Part shown: piece by piece, positions 53,726 through 64,000 of the stretch
How the letters are laid out: each line of letters opens with the position of its first letter
How positions within the stretch are numbered: position 1 is the first letter of the stretch
Assembly (NCBI RefSeq): GCF_964213995.1
Contig: NC_135813.1
Location: 87,730,001-87,794,000, forward strand
Length of the DNA stretch: 64,000 nt
Direction of reading: 5' to 3'
DNA from: Mustelus asterias
Lineage: Eukaryota
The notes under the pieces: model-generated
The model's input: only the letters and a program-made list of their open reading frames with translations
What the model was told of the DNA's origin: nothing
Database searches by the model: none
Translations under genes and position numbers: made by a program

Positions 53726-54427
53726 ACAAAATATATTTTTAACAAAGGGCCTTTAATGTGGTAAATTATCCCAAAGCACTTCAAAGAGCATTAGAGAAGG
53801 CAATGAAACAAAATTTGTCATCAAGTCATGGGACAAACTAGGGGAATAAATACACGATTCCATAAATAAAATATAGAAAACACAGAGGCAGCCCAATACC
53901 CTCTTGAATATGAAAATGACTGGGAATTAACTTGACTTGACAACAGACGATTTATGGACTTTAATACAAAATGCAGAGTGCATTTTTGTTTCAATTCTAT
54001 AAATTAAGGAGATCTGCATTTTGCAATGTTGTAATTATTTGTATACTGAATATTTGTGCAATCCTTTTATGTTTTTGTCTATAACATGACTATTTGTTTT
54101 ATTTGTGTTGTCAATTCAGCACCTGCTATGATGTTTTTTATGAATAAATGATCCATCTATAGTGAGATATTAGGACAGGTGACTAAAGGTTTGGTCAAAG
54201 AGTAGGTTTTTAAGAAGTGTCTTGAGGGGAGATGCTGCAATGATTTTCTACTGGGGTTGTTGCAGTATATTGGAGATTAATCTTCAGTGCCTGGACACTC
54301 CAGGATCATACTGAAGTTTGCTAACACTCTGAGAATCAGAATGGTGCAACACAGGAGGCCATTCAACCCATCCAGTCAACTGCTGTTATTGCGAAGGTGT
54401 CAGATATGATCACTTCCAGCAACTTTG

Positions 54428-54583
54428 TTTGATTTTGATTTCTTGTCATGTGTATTAGTATACAGTGAAAAGTATTGTTTCTTGCGTGCTATACAGATAA
54501 AGCATACCGTTCATAGCGAAGGAAAGGAGAGAGTGCAGAATGTAGTGTTACAGTCATAGCTGGAGTGTAGAGAAAGATCAACT
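54428..54583 (-). mobile_element. Rex1-type 3' end fragment
   Basis: Reverse complement of about 50940-51098. Confidence 0.8.
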
Positions 54584-54839
54584 TTGTCGGCAAAATGTTT
54601 CATGAAGTAAATGTGGAGGAATAATAACTTTCGGAACACTGAAACAACATTAAAGGTTTTTCAAAATTAAAGGGAATTTTCACAGTAACTTCATTGAAGT
54701 GTTAATGTAAGTGTTTGTGACACTAATAAATAAACTTTAAAGGTTAAAATAAATACACATTAAAGAAGGTAACACTTAACATGATAAAGATAGGGCAGCT
54801 CAAAACAAACTGCAGCAATCACTTGTTCAAAGTTAGGCT

Positions 54840-55133
54840 TGGTTAGTATGTTGTGTGTGTATTTAGCATGTGTGGGGATGGTTAGCATGTTCTGTGTGTT
54901 TAGCATGTGGGGATAGTTAGCATGTTGTGTATTTAGCACGTGTGGGGATGGTTAGCATGTGTGTATTTAGCATGTTGTGCTGTGCAGGGGTGGTTAACAT
55001 GTTGTGTGTATTTAGCATGTTGTGCTGTGCAGGGGTGGTTAACATGTTGTGTGTATTTAGCATGTTGTGATGTGCAGGGGTGGTTAACATGTTGTTGTGT
55101 GTATTTAGCATGTTGTGCTGTGTGGGGATGGTT
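54840..55133. repeat. CATG-rich minisatellite (about 45-bp higher-order unit) abutting the promoter
   Basis: (ttagcatgttgtgctgtgcaggggtggttaacatgttgtgtgtat)n. Confidence 0.9.
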
Positions 55134-55174
55134 GGAGTGTCTTTGGGAGCAGGTTTGATGAAATTGAAATTCCT

Positions 55175-55410
55175 AATTTCCCAATCAGGCAGCGCGGGGG
55201 GCAGGCGGCCCGGGGTCCTCAGGCCGGGCAAGATGGCGGCGCTGAGGCTGTGGAGCCGTTGGAGGAGGAGAGAGAGCGGGGCCCGGGTCTGGGGGAGCGG
55301 AGCCCCGGCCTGGGGGAGCGGGGCCCGGGGACTGGCAGGTAGGGGTCACCGGGGACCGGGGTTGCTCAGAGGCGCCGACCTGAGCGCGAGCTCGGACTGG
55401 TTTACATCCC
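55175..55410. promoter_or_regulatory. CpG island / putative bidirectional TXNRD2-COMT promoter with CCAAT box
   Basis: Only strongly GC/CpG-rich non-repeat segment in the window; ccaatcag at 55181-55188, about 50 bp upstream of the TXNRD2 ATG. Confidence 0.7.
55233..55338 (+). CDS. TXNRD2: Thioredoxin reductase 2 (mitochondrial), exon 1, targeting peptide
   Basis: aagATGG strong Kozak context in a CpG island; Arg-rich MAALRLWSRWRRR...GLA; donor CAG|gtagg phase 1, in frame with the next exon; head-to-head with COMT as in mammals. Confidence 0.88.
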
Positions 55411-55972
55411 CACTCTCCCCACTTCCCCATTTACAACGTATTCCCCCCTCTCATTCCCCCCGCCTCATTCATCCCTATTCCCCCTTCCCGCTCTCCCACT
55501 TCCCGCTCTCCCACTTCCCCCTTCTTCTCCCTCCTCTCATCCCCCCCACTTCATTCATCTGTATTCCCCCATTTGCCCCTCTCCCCACTTACCCCTTCTT
55601 CCCTATTTCCCCCCCTGTCCTATTTTCTTCTGCGCTGCATTTTCCTCACACTTTTAAGTTCTCCATTTCAGGCAGAAAGATGATTGCCTGAGAATTTCCC
55701 CCAACAGTTTGATATTTATCCTCTAAGAGAGAGCCTGAAGCTGTTTGGGTGACTTGTGTACCAATTCGTTCAGGGCTTTTTAACCTTGTTCTCTATGGTG
55801 GGGCGCCTGACCTTTTTATTTGTAAAGGAACTTTAATACTCCGGGACTAGCAACCATCATCTCAAATCCTGTCTGCTGAATCTGAGAATGACCATTGTAA
55901 AGCTGTTTATCTAACTTGAACAATCTCCTCCACTCAACTGTTTTTCATGTTGGTTGTTTCTTTAATTTGCAG

Positions 55973-56038
55973 GAAAATACGAGTACGACCTGTTGGTCAT
56001 CGGTGGTGGCTCTGGTGGTCTTGCCTGTTCTAAAGAAG
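55973..56038 (+). CDS. TXNRD2: TXNRD2 exon 2, FAD-binding GxGxxG motif; absent from the ORF track
   Basis: tttgcag|GA AAA TAC GAG TAC GAC CTG... = (G)KYEYDLLVIGGGSGGLACSKE, then G|gtac; 66 nt. No further exon recognised in the window. Confidence 0.95.
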
Positions 56039-56589
56039 GTACAATTTAATTCACGCTAACCAGGATACTTGTAATTGAGTATATATCCTGACAGACATCT
56101 CTCACAGTTATTATTGTCAAGTTGGGGACCAACTTTGGTTTAATGAGGAGTACAGGACAGGATGGCAAGAGGAGGTGTCTCTAAAAATGAGGTGCCAACT
56201 TCATGAAGCTACAACACAAGTCTACATGTTGTTAAACAGCATGCTCTAGACAGATATGAGCAGTCCTGCAACTAGGGGATTAGATCAAAGCTTTGCAGCC
56301 CAGCTGTATCCAGTCGTGATGTATTTTTAAATTTGTGGACATTGTTGGCAAGGCCAGCATTTATTGCCCATCCCTAATTGCGCTTGAGAAGGTGATAGTG
56401 AGCCACCTTCTTGAACTGCTGAAGTCTGTTTTGTGTAAGTACACCTACAGCACTGTTAGGAAGGTAGTTGCAGGTGCTGCCCTTATCCTACCAGGTGGTT
56501 GAGGTTACAGGTTCGGAAGGTGCTGTCAAAGGAACCTCAGTGGGTAGCTGGATTGCATTTTGTAGTTCGTACACACTGCTGCCACTGTG

Positions 56590-57640
56590 CATCAGTGGTG
56601 GTTAGGATACCAGTCAAGTGGTCTGCTTTACACACTCCTCCGTGGAGGTGGCTAACGAACCAACAAATGTGAGGAGGAGGCTCAACAATGACAGAACCCA
56701 GTACATTAGTACAAAGGACAAGGCTGAAATAACTCTGCCGGCCTCTTGACGTCCCCCCATTCACAGATGCCGGTCTTGATTCAGTCCACATAATATCAAG
56801 AAATGGCTGAGTGCTTGGGGTACAGTGAAGGCAATGGGATCCAACAAAACCCTGGCTGTCGTGATGCAGGCTCGTGCTTCCAGAACCAGCTGTGTCTCCA
56901 GCCAAGCTGCTCCAGTATAGCGACATCACTGAAGCCTGCCTAGAATGTGGAAGGTTGCCTGGGGGTGTCCTATTAAGGAAAGGCAGGACATATCCAATCA
57001 GGCCAATTACTGCCTTATCAACATGTACTCCATCGTCAGCAAAGGAAGGTGTCATCAACAGCGCTATCAAACAGCAAAAATACTCAACAATAACCTGCTC
57101 ATCGATGTTCAGTTTAATTTAGCCAGGATCACTCGACTCCAAACTTCATTGCAGCCTTGGTCTGAACATGGACAAAAGAGCTGAATTCCAGAAATGAGGT
57201 TAGACAGATTGTCCTTGAGACTAAGGCAGCATTTGATTTCGTGTGGCATCAAGGAGCCCCAGGAAAATTGAAGTTGATGGGAATTGGGCAAACTCTCCAT
57301 TGGTTAGAGCCATATCTACTGTAGTGGAAGATGGTTGTGGTTTTTGGAGGTCTCATGACAGTATTGCCGGAGTTCCTCAAGATAGTGTCCTAGACCCAGC
57401 TAATTATAGCTGCTTCATCAATGACCTTCCTTCCATCATATGGCCAGAAGTGAGGATATTTGATGAATGTTGAACACCATTTGATGATGAAGCAGTGTGT
57501 CTGCACGAATTGGACGATATCCATGCTTGGGGTGATAAGTGGCAAGTAACATTTGTGCCATATGCAGGTGCCAGGCAATGACCATCTCCAGCAGATAATC
57601 TAAGCACCTCCCCTGGTCATTCAGTGCCATTACCATCACT
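56590..57640 (+). mobile_element. Degenerate CR1-group LINE RT fragment
   Basis: GVPQDSVL...CFINDLPSII remnant and WGDKWQVTF-like segment. Confidence 0.7.
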
Positions 57641-58327
57641 GGGGGCGGGTGGGGGGACGGGGACCAGAGCAACGGCTGGATATGCTCTTTCATTTACTGT
57701 TTTGATCAGTCAAATTACCTCATTTACTCATCCAGAACCATAATAACTTCAGTATACTTATTCGGTACATAATCGCTCAACAGGAACATTAATCAATAAT
57801 GTTCAGAAGGGGCCTGCATTTGGAAAATCCACTTATTGCTTCCAAAGTGTGGCTTAAGGACACACACATCAGAGTGCAGCACATTTCCCTTTTCTCTTAT
57901 ACCTCCTACAGATTTCTACACTGTTTAGGATGCATGATTATACCCACTGATGAAGCTGTATTGTTGAGCACAAAGGTTTTCACACAGTGGGTTGAAGTGC
58001 TTCAGGCTAGTATAATTATAATGAGTGCAGTATAAACAAATATTTAAACCTTTTAGCCCCTACAGTGGGCCTCAGTGTAAATTACTCTTATTAGCCTGTT
58101 AATAAGTTCATCGTTTAAGCACCTGTTTCCTCCCATATTGTCACTTTTCTCCTTTCTCCCCCTGCTGTTTTGTTGATTCTGAATGTTGAGATGGCCCTTT
58201 TTAAATTTGTTTTTGGAAACAGACTTCCAGCAGACTGGCAAATACTTTGGAAAAGAAATTAAATTCAGGCCAACCTGTCTTTTTGGGTCAACACCAGGGA
58301 TCTTTTAAGGCAGAGCTAGATAGATTA

Positions 58328-58627
58328 GAATCATAGAATCCCTATAGGGCTGAAAGAGGCCATTCGGCCCATCGAGTCTACACCGACAACAATCCCACCC
58401 AGGCCCTATCCCTGTAACCCCAAGTATTTACCCTGTTAGTTTGCCTGACAAGGGGCAATTTAACTTGGCCAGTCCACCTCACCCGCACATCTTTGGACTG
58501 TGGGAGGAAACCGGAGCACCCGGAGGAAACCCACGCAGACATGGGGAGAACATGTAGACTCCACACAGACAGTGACCCAAGCGGGGATTGAACCCTGGTC
58601 CCTGGCGCTGTGAGGCAGCAGTGCTAA
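58328..58627 (-). mobile_element. HE1-type SINE
   Basis: Near full length, CR1-type tail. Confidence 0.85.
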
Positions 58628-59160
58628 GGGGTGGAAGGTTATTGGGGGTCGGCAGGAATGTGGGGTTGAAGTTACATACAGATCAACCATGATCTTATTG
58701 AATAGCGGAGCAGGCTCAAGGGGCCGAGTGGCCTCCTCCTCCTAATTCATATGTTCATATCTATCTCATGACCCTATTCCAGGTGACATTCTCCCAGTGT
58801 CCTGGCTAACGCTGCTGCCAACTTAACCAAAACCAGATTGTTTGGTCACTTAACTTTCCGCGCTGTTAGTGACCCAAGTCTGACTACAGAGGAATTGCGA
58901 CAGCTCCTCAAAATAATTCATTTCCTGTGCATGATGTTGGGACTCGATAAGAGATTTGACGAAGTAAAGCATTGCGAAATACAGGTTCTTTTCTGTGTTT
59001 TATAGTTTGCAGCTGGTCTATATCTTAATAGTTCAAGAAAGTGTCTATTAAAATGCTTTATTTGCTTACTGTTATTTTTGTTACGAAAATGCTGAATGTT
59101 TGTAAGTTTTGAATAGCATGTATTGAATAAGTGGAAATGAATAACAGGAAGTAGTATTAT

Positions 59161-59477
59161 AGAATCATAGACTCCTACAGCGCAGTAGGAGGACATTCGG
59201 AACATCAAGTCTGCACTGACCACAATCCCACCCAGGCCTTATCGCTACAACCCTGTGCATTTACCCTAGCTAGTCCCCCTGACATTAAGGGGCAATTTAG
59301 CATGGCCAATCCACCTAACTCGCACATCTTTGGACTATGGGAGGAAACCGGAGCGCCCGGAGGAAACCCACGCAGACACGGGGAGAACATACAAACTCCA
59401 CACTGACAGTGACCCAGGCCAGGAATCAAACCCAGGTCCCTGGCACCGTGAGGCAGCAGTGCTAACCACTGTGCCAC
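59161..59477 (-). mobile_element. HE1-type SINE
   Basis: Full length, CR1-type tail. Confidence 0.85.
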
Positions 59478-60019
59478 TAAAAGTCTAAATATGGGGCTTC
59501 CTTAGATCAGAGAAGTTTAAAGGGAGAAGAGTCATGTCGATTCAACATTATATTTTCTTTCTCCACAGATACTGCCTGATTTTCTTTTTCCTCCCAGAAT
59601 TTTTACTTTTGTTTTAAGGTTAAGGGGAGATCTGATAGAGGTTTCCAAAATTGAGGGATTTTGGTAAACTAATTCAGGAAAAAACTTTTAATTGAAACCA
59701 GAGGACATAAACTTAAAATCATCACCAAAACACAGTGTAGAAGGTTCAGAGAATTTTCTGTGCAGAGGTTTGTTAGAATATGGAATGCTGTATCAGAATC
59801 ACGGATGAACCTAAATCCATCATGGCTTTTAAGATGCAAGGGAATTAATTTTTCAAGAAAAAAACGTAAACACATTTTTCAGAGTTTGCAACACAGAAAC
59901 AGATCATTCAGCCCAATTGGTCCGTGCTGGTGGTGGTGCTTCAGACAAGCCTCTTCTCATCCCTCTGCATTTCACTGTCAGCGTAACCTTCTATTCCTTT
60001 TTTATCTCATAGAAATATA

Positions 60020-61059
60020 GAAGAAACATAGAAAAACTACAGCACAAACAGGCCCTTCGGCCCACAAGTTGTGCCGAACACATCCCTACCTTCTAGACCT
60101 ACCTATAACCCTCCATCCTATTAAGCTCCATGTACTCATCCAGGAGTCTCTTAAAAGACCCTATTGAGTTCGCCTTCACCACCACTGACGGCAGCCGATT
60201 CCACTCGCCCACCACCCTGTGTGTGAAAAACTTATCCCTAACATCTCCCCTGTACCTACCCCCCAGCACCTTAAACCTGTGTCTCCACCCTGGGAAAAAG
60301 CCTCTGAGAGTCCACCCGATCTATGCCTCTCAACATCTTATACACCTCTATTAGGTCTCCTCTCATCCTTCGTCTCTCCAAGGAGAAAAGACCGAGCTCC
60401 CTCAGCCTATCCTCGTAAGGCATGCCACTCAATCCAGGCAACATCCTTGTAAATCTCCTCTGCACCCTTTCAATCTTTTCCACATCCTTCCTATAGTGAG
60501 GCGACCAGAACTGAGCACAATACCCCAAGTGGGGTCTGACGAGGGTCTTATATAGCTGCATCATTATCCCCGGACTCCTAAACTCAATTCCTCGATTGAT
60601 AAAGGCCAGCACACCATACGCCTTCTTAACCACCTCCTCCACCTGCGGGGCCGATTTCAGAGTCCTATGGACCCGGACCCCAAGGTCCTTCTGATCCTCT
60701 ACCGTACTAAGAGTCTTTCCCTTTATATTGTACTCCTTCATCCCATTTGTCCTACCAAAATGGACCACTACACGTTTATCTGGGTTGAAGTCCATCTGCC
60801 ACTTGTCCGCCCAGTCTTGCATCCTATCTATGTCCCTCTGTAACTTCTGACATCCCTCCAGACTATCCACAACCCCACCAACCTTCGTGTCGTCGGCAAA
60901 CTTACCAACCCATCCCTCCGCTTCCTCATCCAGGTCATTTATGAAAATGACAAACAGCAAGGGTCCCAGAACAGATCCCTGGGGCACACCACTGGTGACC
61001 GACCTCCATTTAGAAAAAGACCCATCTATCCCCACTCACTCTCTGCCTCCTTTGGGCAA
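60020..61059 (-). mobile_element. CR1 LINE RT fragment (young)
   Basis: 254-aa ORF with SGVPQGSVLGP, KFADDTK and LVRPHL motifs; tail at about 60020. Confidence 0.92.
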
Positions 61060-61536
61060 TCATGATGTGGAGATGCCGGCGTTGGACTGGGGTAAACACA
61101 GTAAGAAGTTTAACAACACCAGGTTAAAGTCCAACAGGTTTATTTGGTAGCAAAAGCCACACAAGCTTTCGAGGCTCTAAGCCCCTTCTTCAGGTGAGTG
61201 GGAATTCTGTTCACAAACAGAACTTATAAAGACACAGACTCAATTTACATGAATAATGGTTGGAATGCGAATACTTACAACTAATCCAGTCTTTAAGAAA
61301 CAAAACAATGGGAGTGGAGAGAGCATCAAGACAGGCTAAAAAGATGTGTATTGTCTCCAGTTTCACTGGCTGTCTTGTCTGGAGACAATACACATCTTTT
61401 TAGCCTGTCTTGATGCTCTCTCCACTCCCATTGTTTTGTTTCTTAAAGACTGGATTAGAGCCTCGAAAGCTTGTGTGGCTTTTGCTACCAAATAAACCTG
61501 TTGGACTTTAACCTGGTGTTGTTAAACTTCTTACTG
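61060..61536. mobile_element. Short fold-back Penelope terminal-repeat insertion inside a CR1
   Basis: Begins tcatgatgtggagatgccggc; nested inverted arms; 12-bp target-site duplication tcctttgggcaa (61048-61059 and 61537-61548). Confidence 0.88.
61160..61196 (-). ncRNA. Minimal hammerhead motif variant
   Basis: CAC-CUGAAGA-A-GGGGC-UUAGA-GCCUC-GAAAGCU-U-GUG. Confidence 0.55.
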
Positions 61537-61564
61537 TCCTTTGGGCAAGCCAGTTCTGGATCTC

Positions 61565-63880
61565 GTATAAACATCGAAAATAGGAGGAGGCCATTTGGCC
61601 CTTTAAGCCAACTCAATAACCCATTCTCACTTTCCCCCCCATATCCTTGATGATTTTAGCCCCAAGAGTTAAATCTAACTCCTCCTTGGAAACATACAAT
61701 GTTTTGGCCTCAACTGCTGTCTGTGGTAGCGAATTCCACAGGTTTACCACCCCCTGGGTGAAGACCTTTCTCCTTATTTCAGTCCTAAATAGTTTCCCCG
61801 TATCCTCAGACAGTGACCCCTGGTTCAGGACTCCTCTGCCATTGGGAACATCCTTTCTGCATCTACCCTGTCTAGTCCTGTTCAAATTTTATAGGTCTCT
61901 ACAAGATTCCCCCCCCCCCCCCCCCCCCCCCCGCCCCTCATTCTTCTAAACTCCAGTGCATGTAATCCTAACCACTCAATCTCTTGTCATACATCAGTCT
62001 GCACTCCCTCCATTGCAAGAATATCCTTCCTCAGATAAGGAAACCAAAACTGCACACAATATTCCAGGTGTTTCCTCATCAAGGCCATGTATAATTGCAG
62101 CAAGATATCCCTGCTGCTGCCCTTGAATCCCCTTGTTATCAAGGCCAATATACCATTTGCCTGCTGCACCTGCATGCATGCTTTCAGCGACTGATGTACA
62201 AGGACACCCAGGCTTCATTGCATATTCCCCCTTCTTAATTTAAAGCCATTCGGATAATCTGCTTTCCTGTTTTTGCTCCCATAGTGGATAATGTCACATT
62301 TATCCACATCATACTACATCTGCCATGCATTTGCCCACTCACTCAGCTTGTCCAAATTATCCTGAAGTATCTCCGCATCCTCCTCACAGCTGATCCTCCC
62401 AGCTTTGTCATCTACATTTTGGAAATACTACATTTAGTTCACTCATCAAAGTCATTAATATACATTGTGAATAGCTGGTGTCCAAGCACTGATCCCTGTG
62501 GTACCCCACTATCCACTGCCTGCCATTTGGAAAAAGACCCATTTATTCCCACTCTGTTTCCTGTCTGCCAACTCGTTTTCTATCCATCTCAATACATCAC
62601 TCCCAATCCCCAGACAATCTGGAGACGATACACATCTCTTTAACCTGTGCTTAATGCTCCCTCCACTCACATTGTCTGTATCTTTAAGACCTGGTTGGCT
62701 GTAGAGATTTACATTCCAATCAGTACTCTGTAACTTGATTTTGTGTCTCTGTGCCCTGTTTGAGAGCAGATTTCCACTCCATCTGACGAAGGAGCAGCGC
62801 TCCAAAAGCTAATGGCATTTGCTACCAAATAAACCTGTTGGACTTTAACCTGGTGTTGTTAAAACTCTTACTGTGTTTACCCCAGTCCAACGCCGGCATC
62901 TCCACATCATGACTTTAATTGGTCAGCCATTTCTTTGTTCCCTGTTATAAATTGCCCTGTTTCTGACTGTAGAGAGCCTATATTTGTCTTCACATACCTA
63001 TAGAAGCTTTTGCAGTCAGTTTTTATGTTCCCCACAAACTTATTCCTGTACTCTCTTTTCCCCTTCTTAATCAATCCCTTTGTCCTCCTTTGCTGAATTC
63101 TAAACTGCTCCCAATCCTCAGGTCAGCTGTTATTTTTTTACTGGCCAACTTGTATGCCTCTTACTTGGATCTAATACTATCTCTAATTTCCCTTGTAAAA
63201 CATGGTTTGGCCACCTTCCCTTTTTTTGCGTCAGACAGGAATAGACAGTTGTTGCGGTTAACCCAAGCGCTGTTCGAATGTTTGCCATTGCCTATCCATC
63301 GTCATCCCTTTAAGTAACATTTCTCAATCCATCATAGCCAACTCACAACTTATACCATCGTAGTTTTCTTTATTTAGATTCAGGATTCTAGACTCAGAAT
63401 CAACCATGTCACTCTCCATCATCCCCAAGGGCCTCACAACAAGATTGCCAATTATTCCTTTCTCATTACACAATACCTAGTCTCGGATGGCCTGTTCTCT
63501 ATTTGGTTCCTCAACTTATTGGTCCAGAAAACCATCCCAAACACGCTCCAGGAATTCCTCCTCTAGGATATTGTTGCTAATTTAATTTGTGCAGTCTATA
63601 TGCAGATTAAAGTCACCCATACTTACAGATGTTCCTTAATTGCATGCGTCTCTAATTTCATGTTTATTGCCATTCCCAACATCACCATTACAGTTTGGGG
63701 ATCTATGTACAACCCTCACTAACATTTTTTGCCCCTTGATGTTTCTCAGCTCTACCCTTGCAGATTGCACATTTTCAGAACGAATGTCCTTCCTCGCTAT
63801 TGCGTTAATTTCCTCTTTAACCAGCAATGCAACCCTGCCTTTTTCCTTTGTGTCTGTCCTAAATACTGAGTGCCCTGGAT
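61565..63880 (-). mobile_element. Degenerate CR1 LINE (endonuclease to RT remnants) interrupted by Penelope
   Basis: HLEYCVQFW and VVNLWNSLPQ peptides; APE-like VELRNIKGQKMLVRVVHRSPN at 63640-63830. Confidence 0.8.
62612..62912 (+). mobile_element. Penelope terminal repeat (solo) within CR1
   Basis: Similar to 42620-42880; ends ccggcatctccacatcatga; degenerate hammerhead at 62779-62815. Confidence 0.8.
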
Positions 63881-64000
63881 GTTCAGTTCTCGTGTGTTCT
63901 CCTGTTTATCGAGCTCTCCCTTAAATGAATCTGTACTGTTTTTCACCACTACTTCCTATGATAGTAAGTTTCACATTCTAACAACTCTGTGGATAAAGAA

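Noticed and set aside
55080-55232. In-frame N-terminal extension of TXNRD2 from upstream ATG/GTG codons
   Set aside because: These codons lie in the minisatellite or upstream of the CCAAT box, so they are probably not transcribed; the ATG at 55233 has better context.
56039-64000. Further TXNRD2 exons or a SECIS element
   Set aside because: No exon-3-like peptide was found; the rest of the gene appears to lie beyond the window.

Overview
Vertebrate genomic DNA, almost certainly a cartilaginous fish (shark), inferred from abundant HE1-type SINEs, CR1/HER1 LINEs, DeuSINEs and Penelope elements. The window covers the conserved COMT-TXNRD2 head-to-head locus. A complete membrane-bound COMT coding sequence lies on the minus strand in 4 coding exons (34113-33831, 28931-28738, 26428-26297, 18238-18059; 789 nt, 262 aa). 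TXNRD2 exons 1-2 lie on the plus strand (55233-55338, 55973-56038) behind a small CpG island. Positions 1-9850 are an apparently identical copy of 32722-42571 (offset 32,721 bp). This implies a tandem duplication of all COMT coding exons without the shared upstream promoter, with the junction inside a Penelope element; an assembly artefact cannot be excluded. The Penelope terminal repeats contain minimal hammerhead-ribozyme motifs with visible stem covariation. Other observations are a 49-bp-arm hairpin, a CATG-rich minisatellite next to the promoter, SINEs with two different LINE-type tails, a solo LTR, and a long C-rich tract beside an assembly gap. Exon coordinates were read base by base. 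Repeat boundaries are approximate and family names come from recognition, not database search.
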